Shown here in pieces: positions 1 to 12,566 of a stretch of DNA of 64,000 nt. Location of the stretch: NCBI RefSeq assembly GCF_018977255.1, contig NW_024704748.1:22506001-22570000 (forward strand), read 5' to 3'. Position numbers and translations under genes: made by a program. Each line of letters starts with the position of its first letter. Position 1 is the first letter of the stretch. The stretch comes from Callorhinchus milii. Its lineage: Eukaryota. The notes beneath the pieces are model-generated. The model was not told where the DNA came from, made no database searches, and saw only the letters and a list, made by a program, of their open reading frames with translations.

Positions 1-2726
1 AATCACCGACCAAAATACCAATTACAGCGGAGTTTTAGAAAGGCTATACATTTATTGCAACAATAAAACAGAAAATCGTTGTATAGGAGTCATTTGAATG
101 TGGCATTGTATTTTGTTTCCTCCACCTTCAGGCCGAGAAGGTCATGGCTTGTGCAGTGCATGAACAAAACCAAATCAAGTTCATGTTCCTAATGTGTACT
201 CTGCATGTATGTCCATGTGTTTGTATGTCCACTTGGGCATTGCGTGAAATCAAGATTGGAATTGGAGAATGCATCTAACTAAAGTTGATAGCAACTCATA
301 ACTCCCACTATTATTACTGCTGCAAATATCTGTGCACTCTTATTGTGGCATGTGGAATTACTACAATATAAATTCAATATTTCTATAGGTTTTAATCAAT
401 TTGATTCAATAAATAGAGATATTCCAAACAAATATTATTTAGTAAAGCTCATCTATTGCTCCAATCTTCAATAGAAATGCCTCAGAGAACGGTACCAAAC
501 AGAGATCAAGGTATCGACCCATAGGGAGCAGAACAAAAGAAAAATGTCATCCTATGCACCCAATGACAAGCAGGACTGATACACTAATACTACATTTATA
601 TACTATATAGCAATATGAGGTAGGGTGTTTTGATTTTTGCTCATTCTTGCTTTGAATTGGGCTATTGGAAATACAATTCACAGTTTTGGCCTCTGCACAT
701 GCTTTTGTTTTGTAATATTATCAGTGAGCCACATATAATCTGTTGAACCATCTCAAACCTTTGGCTGGGCGGTTCTGAGCATAAGGAGAGAGTCTAGTGC
801 AACTCACAGCTGCTGCATGGGTGCAAATTGTATTATTTCCAAAATCTTCTTCACCATCGATACAGTCAAAATTAATGCCATTCACCACCCAGCACAAACA
901 AACTCGTAGGTTTCAGACAATATCCAGCTTGCTATTAAATTGTGCTATAGTATTTGAATCACTCAAATGCTATAGCTATCACTGTAAAAGTTGTCATTGT
1001 GGACCAGAATAGTACAGTAGTGCAGTTAGTCTGGACAAAAAACATTAATTCTATTTTTTAAAATAGAAATTTGTAATGTAATAAAAAATAGCACAATCAG
1101 AAGAGTTTATTTTACAGTATGTTTTGACAAACCACAACATACATGAGCACATGGTTCGAGAAAAGCCCATTTGGCCTGTAAAGCCCATTTTTTTCCCCGC
1201 AGACCATCAACAATCTACTCCATCATGGACTCTACTCTGCGCTGTAATCTCCTGAGAAATGATCTTGTGAAGTTCATCCCCGCTTTCCAATGCTAAATCA
1301 AGCAAAGCTCCAGAACACCCCGCTTAGCTTACATCCTACATTACACGGCATGCACGATAGATAGGTACGCTGGTGTTTTGCTCAAAGTGCAAGAGCCTGC
1401 ATTTCTTTCTTCTGTAATACAAGGGTCCAGGATCAAAGGGTTTCTAATGTTCACAATTGAGATTAAGCCCCTCACTGTTGTATTATTCTGTTCCACAATG
1501 TTAACTTCAACATGTTGCTATTGAGTGATTCAAATGCCACAGCAATATTTAATGACAAGCTAGATACTGTTAGCAGGATGCACATTTTATCCACCGGTCT
1601 ACCAGCCTTCAAATTGATATTTTCTATGGGTTCCAAAAAAGCAGGTAGCAGACCTCACGCTAGTAAAAGGTAGTCATGACAGCATTTTCAGCCAATCAGA
1701 GCCATCACGACAATTTAATAATTAAAGCATTTAGAAATGTAACATACAAGCATTCGCATGATTATTTGATCTGTGCAACATAAAATGCAAAGTGATATAT
1801 TTAGGCAAATTTGCCAGATGCAGAGTTTGTTATTTTCTTAAGGTCTTCCAATTTTAAAGAGCTCCTTACTCTTTAATTTACCCAAACATTTTCAAGCAGT
1901 TGAAATGTAGTCATCAAAATCCAATTAATCATGTCCCTTTAGTATAGCCATACTTTAATGTTTAATAATTGTGTTACATGCAATAACATTTTGTGCATTC
2001 TGTATTAAATTGTCAGCAAGATGCTTTGTCTCATATTTTATTCAGCTGTACTGTACAGTTCTTGAAAGCATACATATAATTTTTTCATCGTATCTTCATG
2101 AGCTGTGCCATTGTAAAATTACTACTTCAGCTGTTTGGTATCTACAGTTTTACAGTGAAAGAAAATGGTGGGAGAGGAGGAGGAGATACTGGTCTTCAAC
2201 AGAACCTTTCAGTTTCAGTTGTATTGAATGTTTTGTTGCACTCGAACTACACATTGTAAATGAAGGCTTAAATGTTGTAATTTCAAAGATAAATACAATA
2301 TTGTTGCAGAAATACATTCCTGTGTCAATGAAATTAAATCAGTAGTACTTTTGCAGAATATATGGATATTGAATTTCTGTCCCAACCAACAGATCTGTCT
2401 AATTTTTACACAGATCTATCAATCATAACTTCCCAAAACGGCATTCGTCATTTCAGGGAACTACCCACCAGCAGTGCCATGTACCTTTACGATGGAGAAA
2501 GCTCTCATTAGATTCCATGATGAGGGAATCTGAATCTTTTACCAATTAATTATATATCTCTGCTTATTTCCAAAAAAATGTAACATTATGCACCACTCTC
2601 TTTTTTCTTTTAAAGCACCCTGGAATGCTAGCCTGCATGAGGACTGCTTTAATAAATTCACGTTTTTGTTGTGTAGTTTTTTTTAATTGCAGTCCAAGAA
2701 AAAAAGCACGGTGGGAGAAATCAATT

Positions 2727-2909
2727 ATAGCATAGATGTATTTAAGGGGAAGCTAGATAGGTACTTGAGGAAGAAAGGAATAGAAGGTTGCTTGAAGGCT
2801 TAGTTGAGGAAGGGAGGAGGAGGCTCACATGGAGCATAAACACCGGCATAGACCAGTTGGGCCGAATGGCCTGTTTCTGTGCTGTATATTCTAATGTATT
2901 CTAATGTAA
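2727..2909 (+). mobile_element. CR1 LINE 3' end (5'-truncated)
   Basis: Encodes SIDVFKGKLDRYLRKKGIEG, like a CR1 ORF2 C-terminus. Followed by the CR1-type 3'UTR GGGCCGAATGGCCTGTTTCTGTGCTGTA and an (ATTCTAATGT)x2 tail. Confidence 0.85.
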
Positions 2910-4554
2910 TTGCAGCAGCATAGTCTAAATGTTACTCCTTTATAGTTAAGTGACTACATGAACATATCAGAGTGCATGTGGGCCCGCATCTCATAGAGCA
3001 TTTCTTATTATTTATGCAACATAAACCAGAACAGTTTTTGTTACAACACAATTGAAGGAATATAAATTAAGACCTCTTAGGTCACTGAAGAAAAAAGACA
3101 GTGCATCTAATTCTATCGGATCTTCTCTTCGCTTCCTAGAAAAACGGAGACCTGACCACGAGAAATGGTGCAACCATTTGAGAGAAGCTATCATTAATAC
3201 AGGACTCTTCCCCATTATAAATCCTGAATTGCATTTCACAAATTGCCCCTAAAATAAAAACAACTTGTACTTATCAACCAATAACCATTAATCAAAAGAA
3301 ATAGAGAAAGAATTATCCACTTGAGAAAGTAGTAAATATTTATTGAAATGTTCTCGAAAGAATGAATCAAACACAGCTGCTTTGCTAGAATTATGATGCA
3401 AAATGCCGCCTTTCTTTGGAGCATACATTCCACGAATAATTCCTGGGGAGAACATTCTATCTTGCCTTTCGGAAAGTGGTGCTCTCGATTGCAAGTTACA
3501 AACAAGCTTTAAGATGACATTAACTAGCAAGAGAAATTCTAGTGAAACTCCTTAAATTTACGTAGCTATTGCATGTAAAAAAAAATATCTGAGCGTTTTT
3601 GCAGCAATGGTACTAAGCCATTTACGGATGATTCTTTGAAAAGCATTTAACAAGCCAACAATAGCTTGTTGGCCAATCAATGAGTCATTTTAAAGTGCCA
3701 AGGACGTATAGCAGATTTTTCCAGTAGGAATTCGAATATATTTTCAAGTATATTAAAACCACATGGTTTGCATATTATTTGTATAGCAACAGTATTAATA
3801 ATGGTTAAGCATCACAGCTCCAGCATATTATAAGAAATATGTTCTTTGCTATACTGAAAAGTTTGACTTGTTTTTTTAATCCAGTTTTACAACAAAAGCT
3901 GATGGGGATCTTCCTTGTCTATGCACGTTTCCAAAGCTCAATATATTCTCCAATTTCTTTGGAGTTTTGTTTACAAAAATGTTGACTTGTTCATTCTAAA
4001 TAATTCTCAGATCAAAGTAAAGAATAACTGAATCGCACACTATCATCTGACATATGTCCGTGTGCAACAAGGAAGCTAACATGTCAGGAGAGCTGCAATG
4101 TCTGACAAGGATTTAGTCCTGAAATATTAATTAATATGGATAAAAACATTAGATAGGTTCACTATATCTTGTGTACAAGTGTCAAAAGCCATCAGCCAAT
4201 CTCTCAGAGTAGCTGATGGTTTCTGACATTTTTGATATGATGGTAAGGTTGCTACCCATCTTACTGTTTCTTGGCTGGGATCATGTTGCACTCACCCTAC
4301 TCATACTCCTTAGCAGTTTATAGAACCATTTCTCTCACATTGGAAAGCACATGCTGTTGATGTACAAATGGCTCACTTTATTAGCCACACTCCACAGCAT
4401 ATATGAAACTATCTTTACACTCCTAACAAAGTTGCTTCTCTTATGTAGCGGAGCAGGGGTACAATTAGCACAGAATAGCATTGAGAGGAAATGCGTTCAG
4501 TAATAAATACTTTTATATAGCATTAAAGAATAAGATAATAATGTCTTACATTGT

Positions 4555-4945
4555 TACACATAATCTCATTTTTATAACAACATTTCAGGTCAAAAATCCC
4601 CCCTCTCCTCTTTATGATTTGTAGTAATCTTGAGTCAGTCCCCTCTTGTTTCCATTTCATTTACTAGTGGAAACAATCTTTCACCATTTGCCCTCTCAAG
4701 TCGTTTCATAAATTTCAACACTTCTATTACATCCTATCTTAACCTTCTCTGCTCAAGTGAAGATACTTGGTTTTTAAGCCTTTAATCATAACTATATCCA
4801 CTCATCCCTGGTCTCATCCTGAGTAAATCTGTGTTGCACCTTCTCCAAAGCTGATGTATTTTCTATAATAGAGTGCTCCAAATTACACTCAATACTCCAG
4901 CTGCGGCCTAATCAACGTATTTTACAAATTCAACATCTCGGTTTT
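4555..4945 (-). mobile_element. Degenerate CR1 LINE ORF2 fragment
   Basis: Minus-strand translation with stops and frameshifts: NTLIRPQLEY*V*F...ALEKVQHRFTRMRPG...SLEQRRLR*DVIEVLKFMK...LFPLV...TRG, the typical CR1 post-RT motifs. Confidence 0.85.
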
Positions 4946-5769
4946 TGCACTTGGAAAACTTAGTATAAAAACCATACATAAAACTTGGCATCTTATTCTT
5001 TGTTTTTATTGTTAACATTCCTTTACCTATTCTACTGAAGTGGCTTCCAGCTACTCAGCAAGACTCAAGATAACAAGAGTCCACAAGAGGATGAATATCA
5101 AAATGAGGACACCACTACAAGTTAAGCAAAATGTTGCACTTTTCCCCCATTATATAGATTGGACAAGTACTTTAAATCGAAACTACTTCCTTCGTTGCTA
5201 GTCTTCTCAATTAAGGGGTTAAGAAAAGATCAAGAGTTGAAAAATACAAAGATTCTGTACATTCATGCATAGACAGAAAAAATGACAGAAGAAAGGATAC
5301 AAGATATAATGAATACACATAAGAGATGCATCTGAAGAGGGAAATATTTTGCTGAGGTAAAATGACTACATGGGGCCACATAACCTGTTGTTTACGTGAC
5401 GCTGACACTAACAAGCACTGGCAGCAGGGTGCTGTATCTACATCAGTAACTCGGAGATCAGGGAGACACAGCGTGAGCTGGGACATGAGCCAGCAGTCAA
5501 TAGGGGGAAATGAAGGATGTGGAGGAAGATACTACAGTCTGATCCAACTGGGATCACATATTCCTTTTCCAGTTCTCTGAGCAAATTGAACAGTTTTAAA
5601 TCCAGTTACACATTTAATTTTGGTATAGAAATGCTACTTTATCCCTCGAAAGGGATAAAGGCCATATTTAATATTTGGATGAAAAAAAACAGCTTGTGGT
5701 TGGAACATATAATACTTAACGGTGTGTTCGATTCAATTCTTTCATTCCAAGCCTTACTTAAACTGGATT

Positions 5770-6020
5770 AGCTTCCCGGAGGAACAGTGGATAAGGGCAC
5801 TGCAATAGTACGGTATGGTGCCAAACATACCAGGAAGGTCTCAGATTGAATTCCTCATCTATGTTGAGTGGGGCAAAATCAGCTGAAGAGGCAATGAAAT
5901 TCTACAGTTGGCTATAACATCCTCAGGCATCCTGATCCCGGTCACCTCAGTCAGCAAAGGAGAAGGGCATTTGGAAAGAAAATTAGGGCTAAAATCGAAC
6001 TGGGATAGTTCCAGTCCCCC
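5770..6020 (+). mobile_element. Old tRNA-derived SINE, AmnSINE2-like (5' part)
   Basis: CATACCAGGAAGGTCTCAGATTGAATTCCTCATCTATGTTGAGT...CTACAGTTGGC resembles the AmnSINE2-type head as I recall it, and is similar to the reverse complement of 18150-18240. Confidence 0.5.
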
Positions 6021-6939
6021 ATGAGCCAATCATTGCAAGTCACATTTACACTCTTATTATTTTCTCTCTTTGTCTAAATGTAGAGAGGTTGTGCAAACAG
6101 TGTTATTCACATGTCTTTGCAACTATGTCAAGAAACCAAAAAAACAAACCCTTCCACATTAAGTGCACGGGGTTAGATATTCCCAACAGGAAAGATCTGC
6201 CATTTCGAGTCTTGCCATGTGCCCAGATCTCAATTAATTTAAAGACTGCTAGAAAAAAAAGTCAACAGGGTCATTGCAGCAGTATTAGATTTACCACCCA
6301 TTTCGACCCATAATTAATGAATGGTGATGATGTTTACTGCCACTACCTAGAGCCACTACAAATATGCCCAGGTGTCACTTTTCAGACAAACACCAGCATT
6401 AAATAATGCAAATATTAATGCCAACTTCAACTTAATACATCCAATCCAATTACTCAGGCAACACTGAAGCACAAAGGAAACACCAACCTTCACAGTCCTA
6501 GAAGTGGTTGATTTTTAAAATATAAGGAATTTTTATCTGGGAAATTCCCGACAGAAAATTGATCTAAAGCACATGAAGCAAAAATATCAAATTACTTCGT
6601 TATTTCTGGCTGTAGGAAAAATCAAATCCACTTGATGGGTCATAGAGAAAAAGCTTCAAAATTAAGGCTGGATTTAAGAATTTCCACAAAACAATTTAAA
6701 ATGCAACATAAATAGATTATATCTAGACACATTGCAATTTCTCCCCATTAGTGTGGAGAAAAGCTCTGCACTGCATGAAGTATTACAGCGAGAGGAGGGA
6801 TCAGTACTCAGTACCTCCACAGGGTCAGACACAGACCTGAGTGCCATTTCAGGCTGCCTCAACAATCGCTGTAACTCAAATGTCTGATGACAGACTTCAT
6901 TCCAGAGGTGGATAAATCAGGAGAGTTAGATCAGCAGTA

Positions 6940-7032
6940 AAGAGAGGAATGCTGGAAAATCCACAGCAGGTCAATCCCCATCTAAAAGAAAAAGACATAG
7001 GTTTGGGATCGGGCTCTATTCGTTCAGTTCAG
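6940..7032 (-). mobile_element. Penelope-like / shark dispersed repeat remnant
   Basis: GAATGCTGGAAAATCCACAGCAGGTCAATCCCCATCT...GTTTGGGATCGGGCTCTATTCGTTCAG resembles the common chondrichthyan repeat ATGCTGGAAATACTCAGCAGGTCAGGCAGCATCT...GTTTCGGGTC...CTTCATCAG (from memory). Confidence 0.5.
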
Positions 7033-7083
7033 GTGAGATCAACAAGTTGACCAAATATCAAACACTCTCCAACTAAGCATATT

Positions 7084-7118
7084 TGTGTGTGTGTATGTGT
7101 GTGTATGTTTGTATGTGT
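7084..7118. repeat. Imperfect (GT)n microsatellite
   Basis: TGTGTGTGTGTATGTGTGTGTATGTTTGTATGTGT. Confidence 0.8.
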
Positions 7119-7658
7119 ATTAGGTTTTTATTCAGCTCAGTGTATCCCATCTGCACAGCATCCTTAGTAATAGAGATAATGCCAAACCCTAACCACAATA
7201 CTGGTGTGTTCCTCTCTCTGATGTAAGAACACTACAGTGAACATTCTTTTTTTGCTGTAGAGGCTACAGATACAACTTTTTTTTAAATCAAAGTAAAAAA
7301 ACTTATGCTCTTTGCCATTATCATTGTAGCATAAACAGAGTAGAGTGTAGTGTTAATTTTTTTATTGCTCAGTCTGTGATAACACCACTGATTTATCATC
7401 AAAATGGTTCTAACGCCTGCCTTGTGCATATTATACGACATTCACATCAATGACACAGGCACATTAATGCCCCTTTTATTCTTCACCATGGGTTGCACTA
7501 ATAATTCTATTTTCAGCAGCGGTCTTGAGTAGGAAGCCACGTTTATATTGGCTGCTCCACTCGCATTGCTCTGAAGTTGAGGAAGGTACAGCTCTGAGCA
7601 TGCGGGCTTCAACACATCCACAGAGAACAGCTCAATGGCCTCATTCTGCTGGTGATAT

Positions 7659-7712
7659 TTTTAATGATTGAAAAGAGCTCAAGGGATAGTCAGCTCTTTT
7701 CAATCATTAAAA
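7659..7712. repeat. Perfect 21-bp inverted repeat with 12-nt spacer
   Basis: TTTTAATGATTGAAAAGAGCT (7659-7679) and AGCTCTTTTCAATCATTAAAA (7692-7712) are exact reverse complements. Confidence 0.95.
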
Positions 7713-10310
7713 CGTGAACGATGGGCTGCCAGTTTGTTTTACTTTTAAAAACGTGCCCATTTTGGCAGGATTCTGGGCTACTTTACTTTTGTCCGTTTTA
7801 CTCCACACATATGACATCAAACTGGCAAGAAGGTGGAAAATTTACCATAAAAGCAGCACTCCATTGTTGCCCCAACTATGTCATCGCATTAATAGCTGCT
7901 GCTCCCACCCACCAGTTCATCATGATTTTATATAGAATTAAAGCTACCCATTCATTTTAAATGTTATTAATAATGGAGAAGTGCCAAAATAAACACAAGA
8001 CTTTCATTTTGCATTACCTAAACTAAGGTACGGTTTCAAGCAAACGCTTAATTTAATAGCCCAGTAATTCAAAACTGTTACACACATAATGATACTGGAT
8101 AGAGGTGGACAAGAGCACCTTGGCAATTAGTCCTTGCATGCTTCAGTAAATATGGACTCATTATCTCAGTTCAAATGGCATATGCTGATGGCGTCTGCAG
8201 AGTTGAGAAAATGACTTCAAATGTAGCATGCTAAATATTTATTTTAGTTATGTGCATGATATGTCAAAATTAAATTAATGTCCCAAATCATAGCACTGAA
8301 AGAATTGAAAATGCACCTAACAGCCACCTAACGTAACCTTTTCACCAGCCAAAATTTATATGGATTTCAACAACTGCCCTTAGGATGGTATTAACCTATA
8401 ATTCTGTCTCTGTTGCTGCCTTCAATGGTTTTCTTGCTAAACCAATAACATTTCATAATCATTGGCATTTTGTGAGTTTAACTCAATAAGAATCATAACA
8501 ACATGATTCAGCGTTTAACAGATAACATAATAAGTTAACATCCACAACTTAGCGGTTGCCTGGAAGTCCAACATAATGAGATTTTTAACAAGGATGGGTG
8601 TAAAATTGTGCTGTGACCAATACATCAGTGTTTGTGGTATCAGCAATTTTTCTCGAAAACAACATTTGTGGTAGAGTAACTCTTCATAATAAAGAAAATA
8701 ACCTGGGCTCCATACTTCAATCGTCTGTAAAGTGCAGTATTGTCTAGAACCTTTTCAGGGGAACTGAAATTCCTGCATGTAAAAGATGGGGCCAATTCGG
8801 GGAGAGATCCAAATGGTGGGACTGGCAATGGAATATGCTGCACTTTTCATGATTTAATCTGAACTTTTTCCATGTAACAAGAGTTGTTCAAAAAGAAACA
8901 ATGGACTTCAATGAAAACACTATTTTAGAATCCTCTGCCCTCTGAAATGGGTACATATTTATCACCCAGTAAGCAAAAAAGGTCCCAAAGGCAGTACTCC
9001 TTTAAGATTTGAAAATAAAGTCCACATTTCAGAAACTAAACTTCGAATGTAAAGGTCAAATCCAGTTACCAACATATGGAATATATTTAAGACGGTTTGC
9101 TGAATGTTAGAGGCAATGTATTGTGTGCCCACATAACTTCATTTTTTAAAAATGAGACATATAAAAGAATAATCTCACTAGTAAATATCATCAAGTCAGA
9201 CAACGCAACTTTCAAAATTCTATTTCAGGGCACGGTGCTGGAGCTCCTGTTCCTTCAAGTGGGCAATATTTTCCATCAAGAAGGGTCAGAACTGGTGCAA
9301 AACTTTGATATACTTCAATCAGGTACGAGCAAGATGTGTTGGATGCATGACACGCAGTAATCATTCAGAAGCAACTTAACAATTTGAACACATAGTTAGG
9401 GCACAGTCCTGGTAGAAAGATGTATCCAACCTCAATGACCAAATAAAATTTCCATCTTAACTAATTTCATGTTTCATCTGGTCTCATATCGGATAAATTC
9501 CAGAATTGTGTTGGTGACCCTGCGTCAAGGATTTTGATAATCAATCCGCTGGCTCGGAACATTTCACATAGATGTATTGTTTCTATTGTTCACATTTGTG
9601 CAATTCACTTAAAGGAATTATGAAACAAAACAGCTCTGTTAATGTGGAAATGTTCAAGTCCCTGCTGATTTTAAGCGAATTAAAAGTATTGTAGCAGCTT
9701 TATGGAAAGTGCACCCTTGTCAGTCATTATGGCCATTAAGAAATCCAGTGGTAAATCAGCCCGATTATCGCAGGATGAGCTGCAATTTCCTATGAGTAGC
9801 ACCTTGCTGCCCAACATTGGTAACAATTAAGTAACCAATCAACACAAGACAGTGTGAATCAGTTAACAACTTCATAATGACAGGTCATCCACGCAAAAGA
9901 AAGCTACTATTCCCGGAGTCTAGAGGTTTTGTTAAGATTGATGTTATTTATGTTTCATGTAAAAAAATGTGCAATACCAATTGCAAGAGTCATTAAAGTG
10001 TAAACGTCATTGAGTGAGCACTGAATTGCACTGCAGAGTTCATGTGCATGGTTTGTAATGCCCTTGTTTTCAGTAAACAACATGCAGTTGCACTGGTGCA
10101 AAAGTTAAATGATCAGAAATTCTGAAATAGCCTTAAAACAAGCTCGGTGTTAGCGTGCGATGTAAACGATGTGAAAGTCAGATAAAAAGATTATTTCTCA
10201 ATTGAAAATTAAATCACATTGTGCAGCCATTGGTTGGACTGAGGCTCTTGATCACAATTCCCCACATAATAAGTTCCTTATCACAACTGAATTGTGACAG
10301 ACAGTGTGCG

Positions 10311-10353
10311 TGAGAGAGAGTGAAAGAGAGAGAGAGTGAAAGAGAGAGAGAGT
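10311..10353. repeat. Imperfect (GA)n microsatellite
   Basis: TGAGAGAGAGTGAAAGAGAGAGAGAGTGAAAGAGAGAGAGAGT. Confidence 0.85.
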
Positions 10354-12464
10354 CAGAAGAAGCTCTTTGCTTCACCACAGGGAACAATAGAATATTTCAA
10401 AATGGAATATACTGTAACTTGCCTTTTTGCCCATTTCCTTTGAAATCATCCTTCTTACATATGGTCATAATAGAAAAGTTGAAGTTACTGCCTATCCAGA
10501 CTACTGCACAATTAAATATCCTCAAGTTCCGTAGCTCTCTAAGGCAGCGGAAAATCATAGATTTTCTGGCTTAATTGGTTTCCAATAGCAGTCAAGTGCT
10601 TTAATTACTATTTAAACAATGTTGTCTCTAAACATTATTTGCCACTTGTACTAGGAAAATTGCAGCTTCTATTTAAACAATTGGAATGACCATACAGCTG
10701 AAATTCCAATTTTCCTCTCGTCGCTATTCATGCATACATTTTATTGACATACTTGTAATTTTAATCATAGCAGAATAACTTCTGATATATTCTTCTACAT
10801 TCTGATGGACAACTTCGAACACTGAGGATAGTAGCTTAGAAAAGCCAAATTGTAACGCTGCATATCTGTACCTTCTGAAACTGGTTTGTGCTAGATAAAC
10901 AACTAAATTAAATATTAGTGTTGGGATTTATGAGGAGCAGGAGTGAGACCAGATACTAACAGAAATAGATTTGCCGAAATATATTGAGTTACTTATTAAT
11001 ACAAACTTTATTATTTCCATGCCTTGTCTAGTAAACTCTTCACAAAGCTGAATGTATAACCGCTTTAACTACAGACTCCGCAGAGCTGACGCGAGACACA
11101 ACAAATACAAGATAATGCAATTGGGCATAACACAATAAAAGATATTGCACTCTCAATGCATTATTGCTGGCAATTATCAGAACCTCTGCAACTTAATTTC
11201 AAAAACACAATCAGCTGCAAACCATAACATTGTCTCTCTTTTTTAAATTTCAAACACTATTACATTAAAGCAATAACTTGCATCCCTACTATAATGACAT
11301 CAGCCTCTGTTATTGCTTTGCAACATATCATAAATACTTCTCATCGACAAGTCAGGCTAATTCGGATTAATTTTATTGTTTTTATTTCAACTATATACAT
11401 ATGGTATGCAATTACCTTTGTCATTTCATTATCGCAGCAGAAAATTATCATTGAGTTTATAAGGCTAAACCACTAAAGTTAAAAAAAATAAAAATAACAA
11501 ATTTAGTGGGCTGAGCCTCCAAGGAGGTGCTTTTATTTGTGAAACTGAAGGGTAGATTGGACAAACACCAGCACTATAAGCTATACCAGGTCCCCATGTA
11601 CACTATACAATATTGGAATTGGATCAGAAGAGCAACTTTCTAATAGCATTGAATATCATCAATCATGCCTTGCATTGTAGTAGTAGAAATAGTTACACCC
11701 ACAGGGTAAAAAAAAACGTGAAACAATAAAAAGCAAATTAAAATAACATGCTTTTGTGTGAAATGCACCAATCTCCCTTATTATAAATTCCCTTGTATTT
11801 TTGAACCTCACTACTTTGACTTATCTTGCTGAGTTTCAATGGGCTTCACAGTACATTCTAAGCATGTGATCCTATTCTGATCAATACATCTTTTGCTCTT
11901 TATTAGAGATTGGGTCAGATCAATTTTTTCACCCTCAACTCTCACCACTGTGGCAAGTTGCTTAAAGAATCAAAGTTATCGTTTGATTTTAAATAACACT
12001 AAAATAAACGAAATAATTCACATGAACTTGAATTTCCTTTTACTTCCTTTTTGTACAGTTTTTGTTACACTTTTTGTTGTGAGCACTGATGACATCAATA
12101 GCGAAATGTGCTTGCAGAAATGACAGAGCACAATTAACATATGGTCATTAACCCAGGGTGCTACAATTGTGTGGTTTCAACCGTGAATGTTAATTCATCT
12201 CCCTGCACTGTCAGACTCGGTAACTCCTCTAAGCCAGTTTCATTAGCATTTGCTATTTGAAACTAACACCATTAAAGATAAAATCATCAAATATCAGCAG
12301 AAAAAAAGCAAACAGTTATACTGAAGCTAAGAATTTATTTTCTAACCGATTTTCATAAAAGACCTAAAGTAAGTCTGTCCTTTAAGCAACTTTTTCTTAA
12401 CTGTTTGGGAAATGCCCACTGCCCCTTTTAAGGAATTATTTCTTAAGGAGCCTGATCTATTTGC

Positions 12465-12566
12465 ATTTGCCTACACATTATACAGTCACGACACTTCATA
12501 GTGTATCTATGAACCACTCTGAGATGTCCTCCCGACATGAACGGTGCTATATCAACTGCAAGGAAT
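12465..12566 (+). mobile_element. Degenerate SINE/L2-type 3' tail fragment
   Basis: TGAGATGTCCTCCCGACATGAACGGTGCTATATCAACTGCAAGGA matches the 3' ends of the SINE and L2 copies elsewhere in the window. Confidence 0.65.

Noticed and set aside
3012-3530. Overlapping ORFs on both strands with a minus-strand acceptor near 3249
   Set aside because: No recognisable protein in any frame and no consistent exon structure; may be a non-coding conserved block.
9229-9322. Plus-strand AG...GT-bounded 94-nt open segment (GTVLELLFLQVG...)
   Set aside because: No homology recognised and no compatible neighbouring exons; such segments arise by chance.
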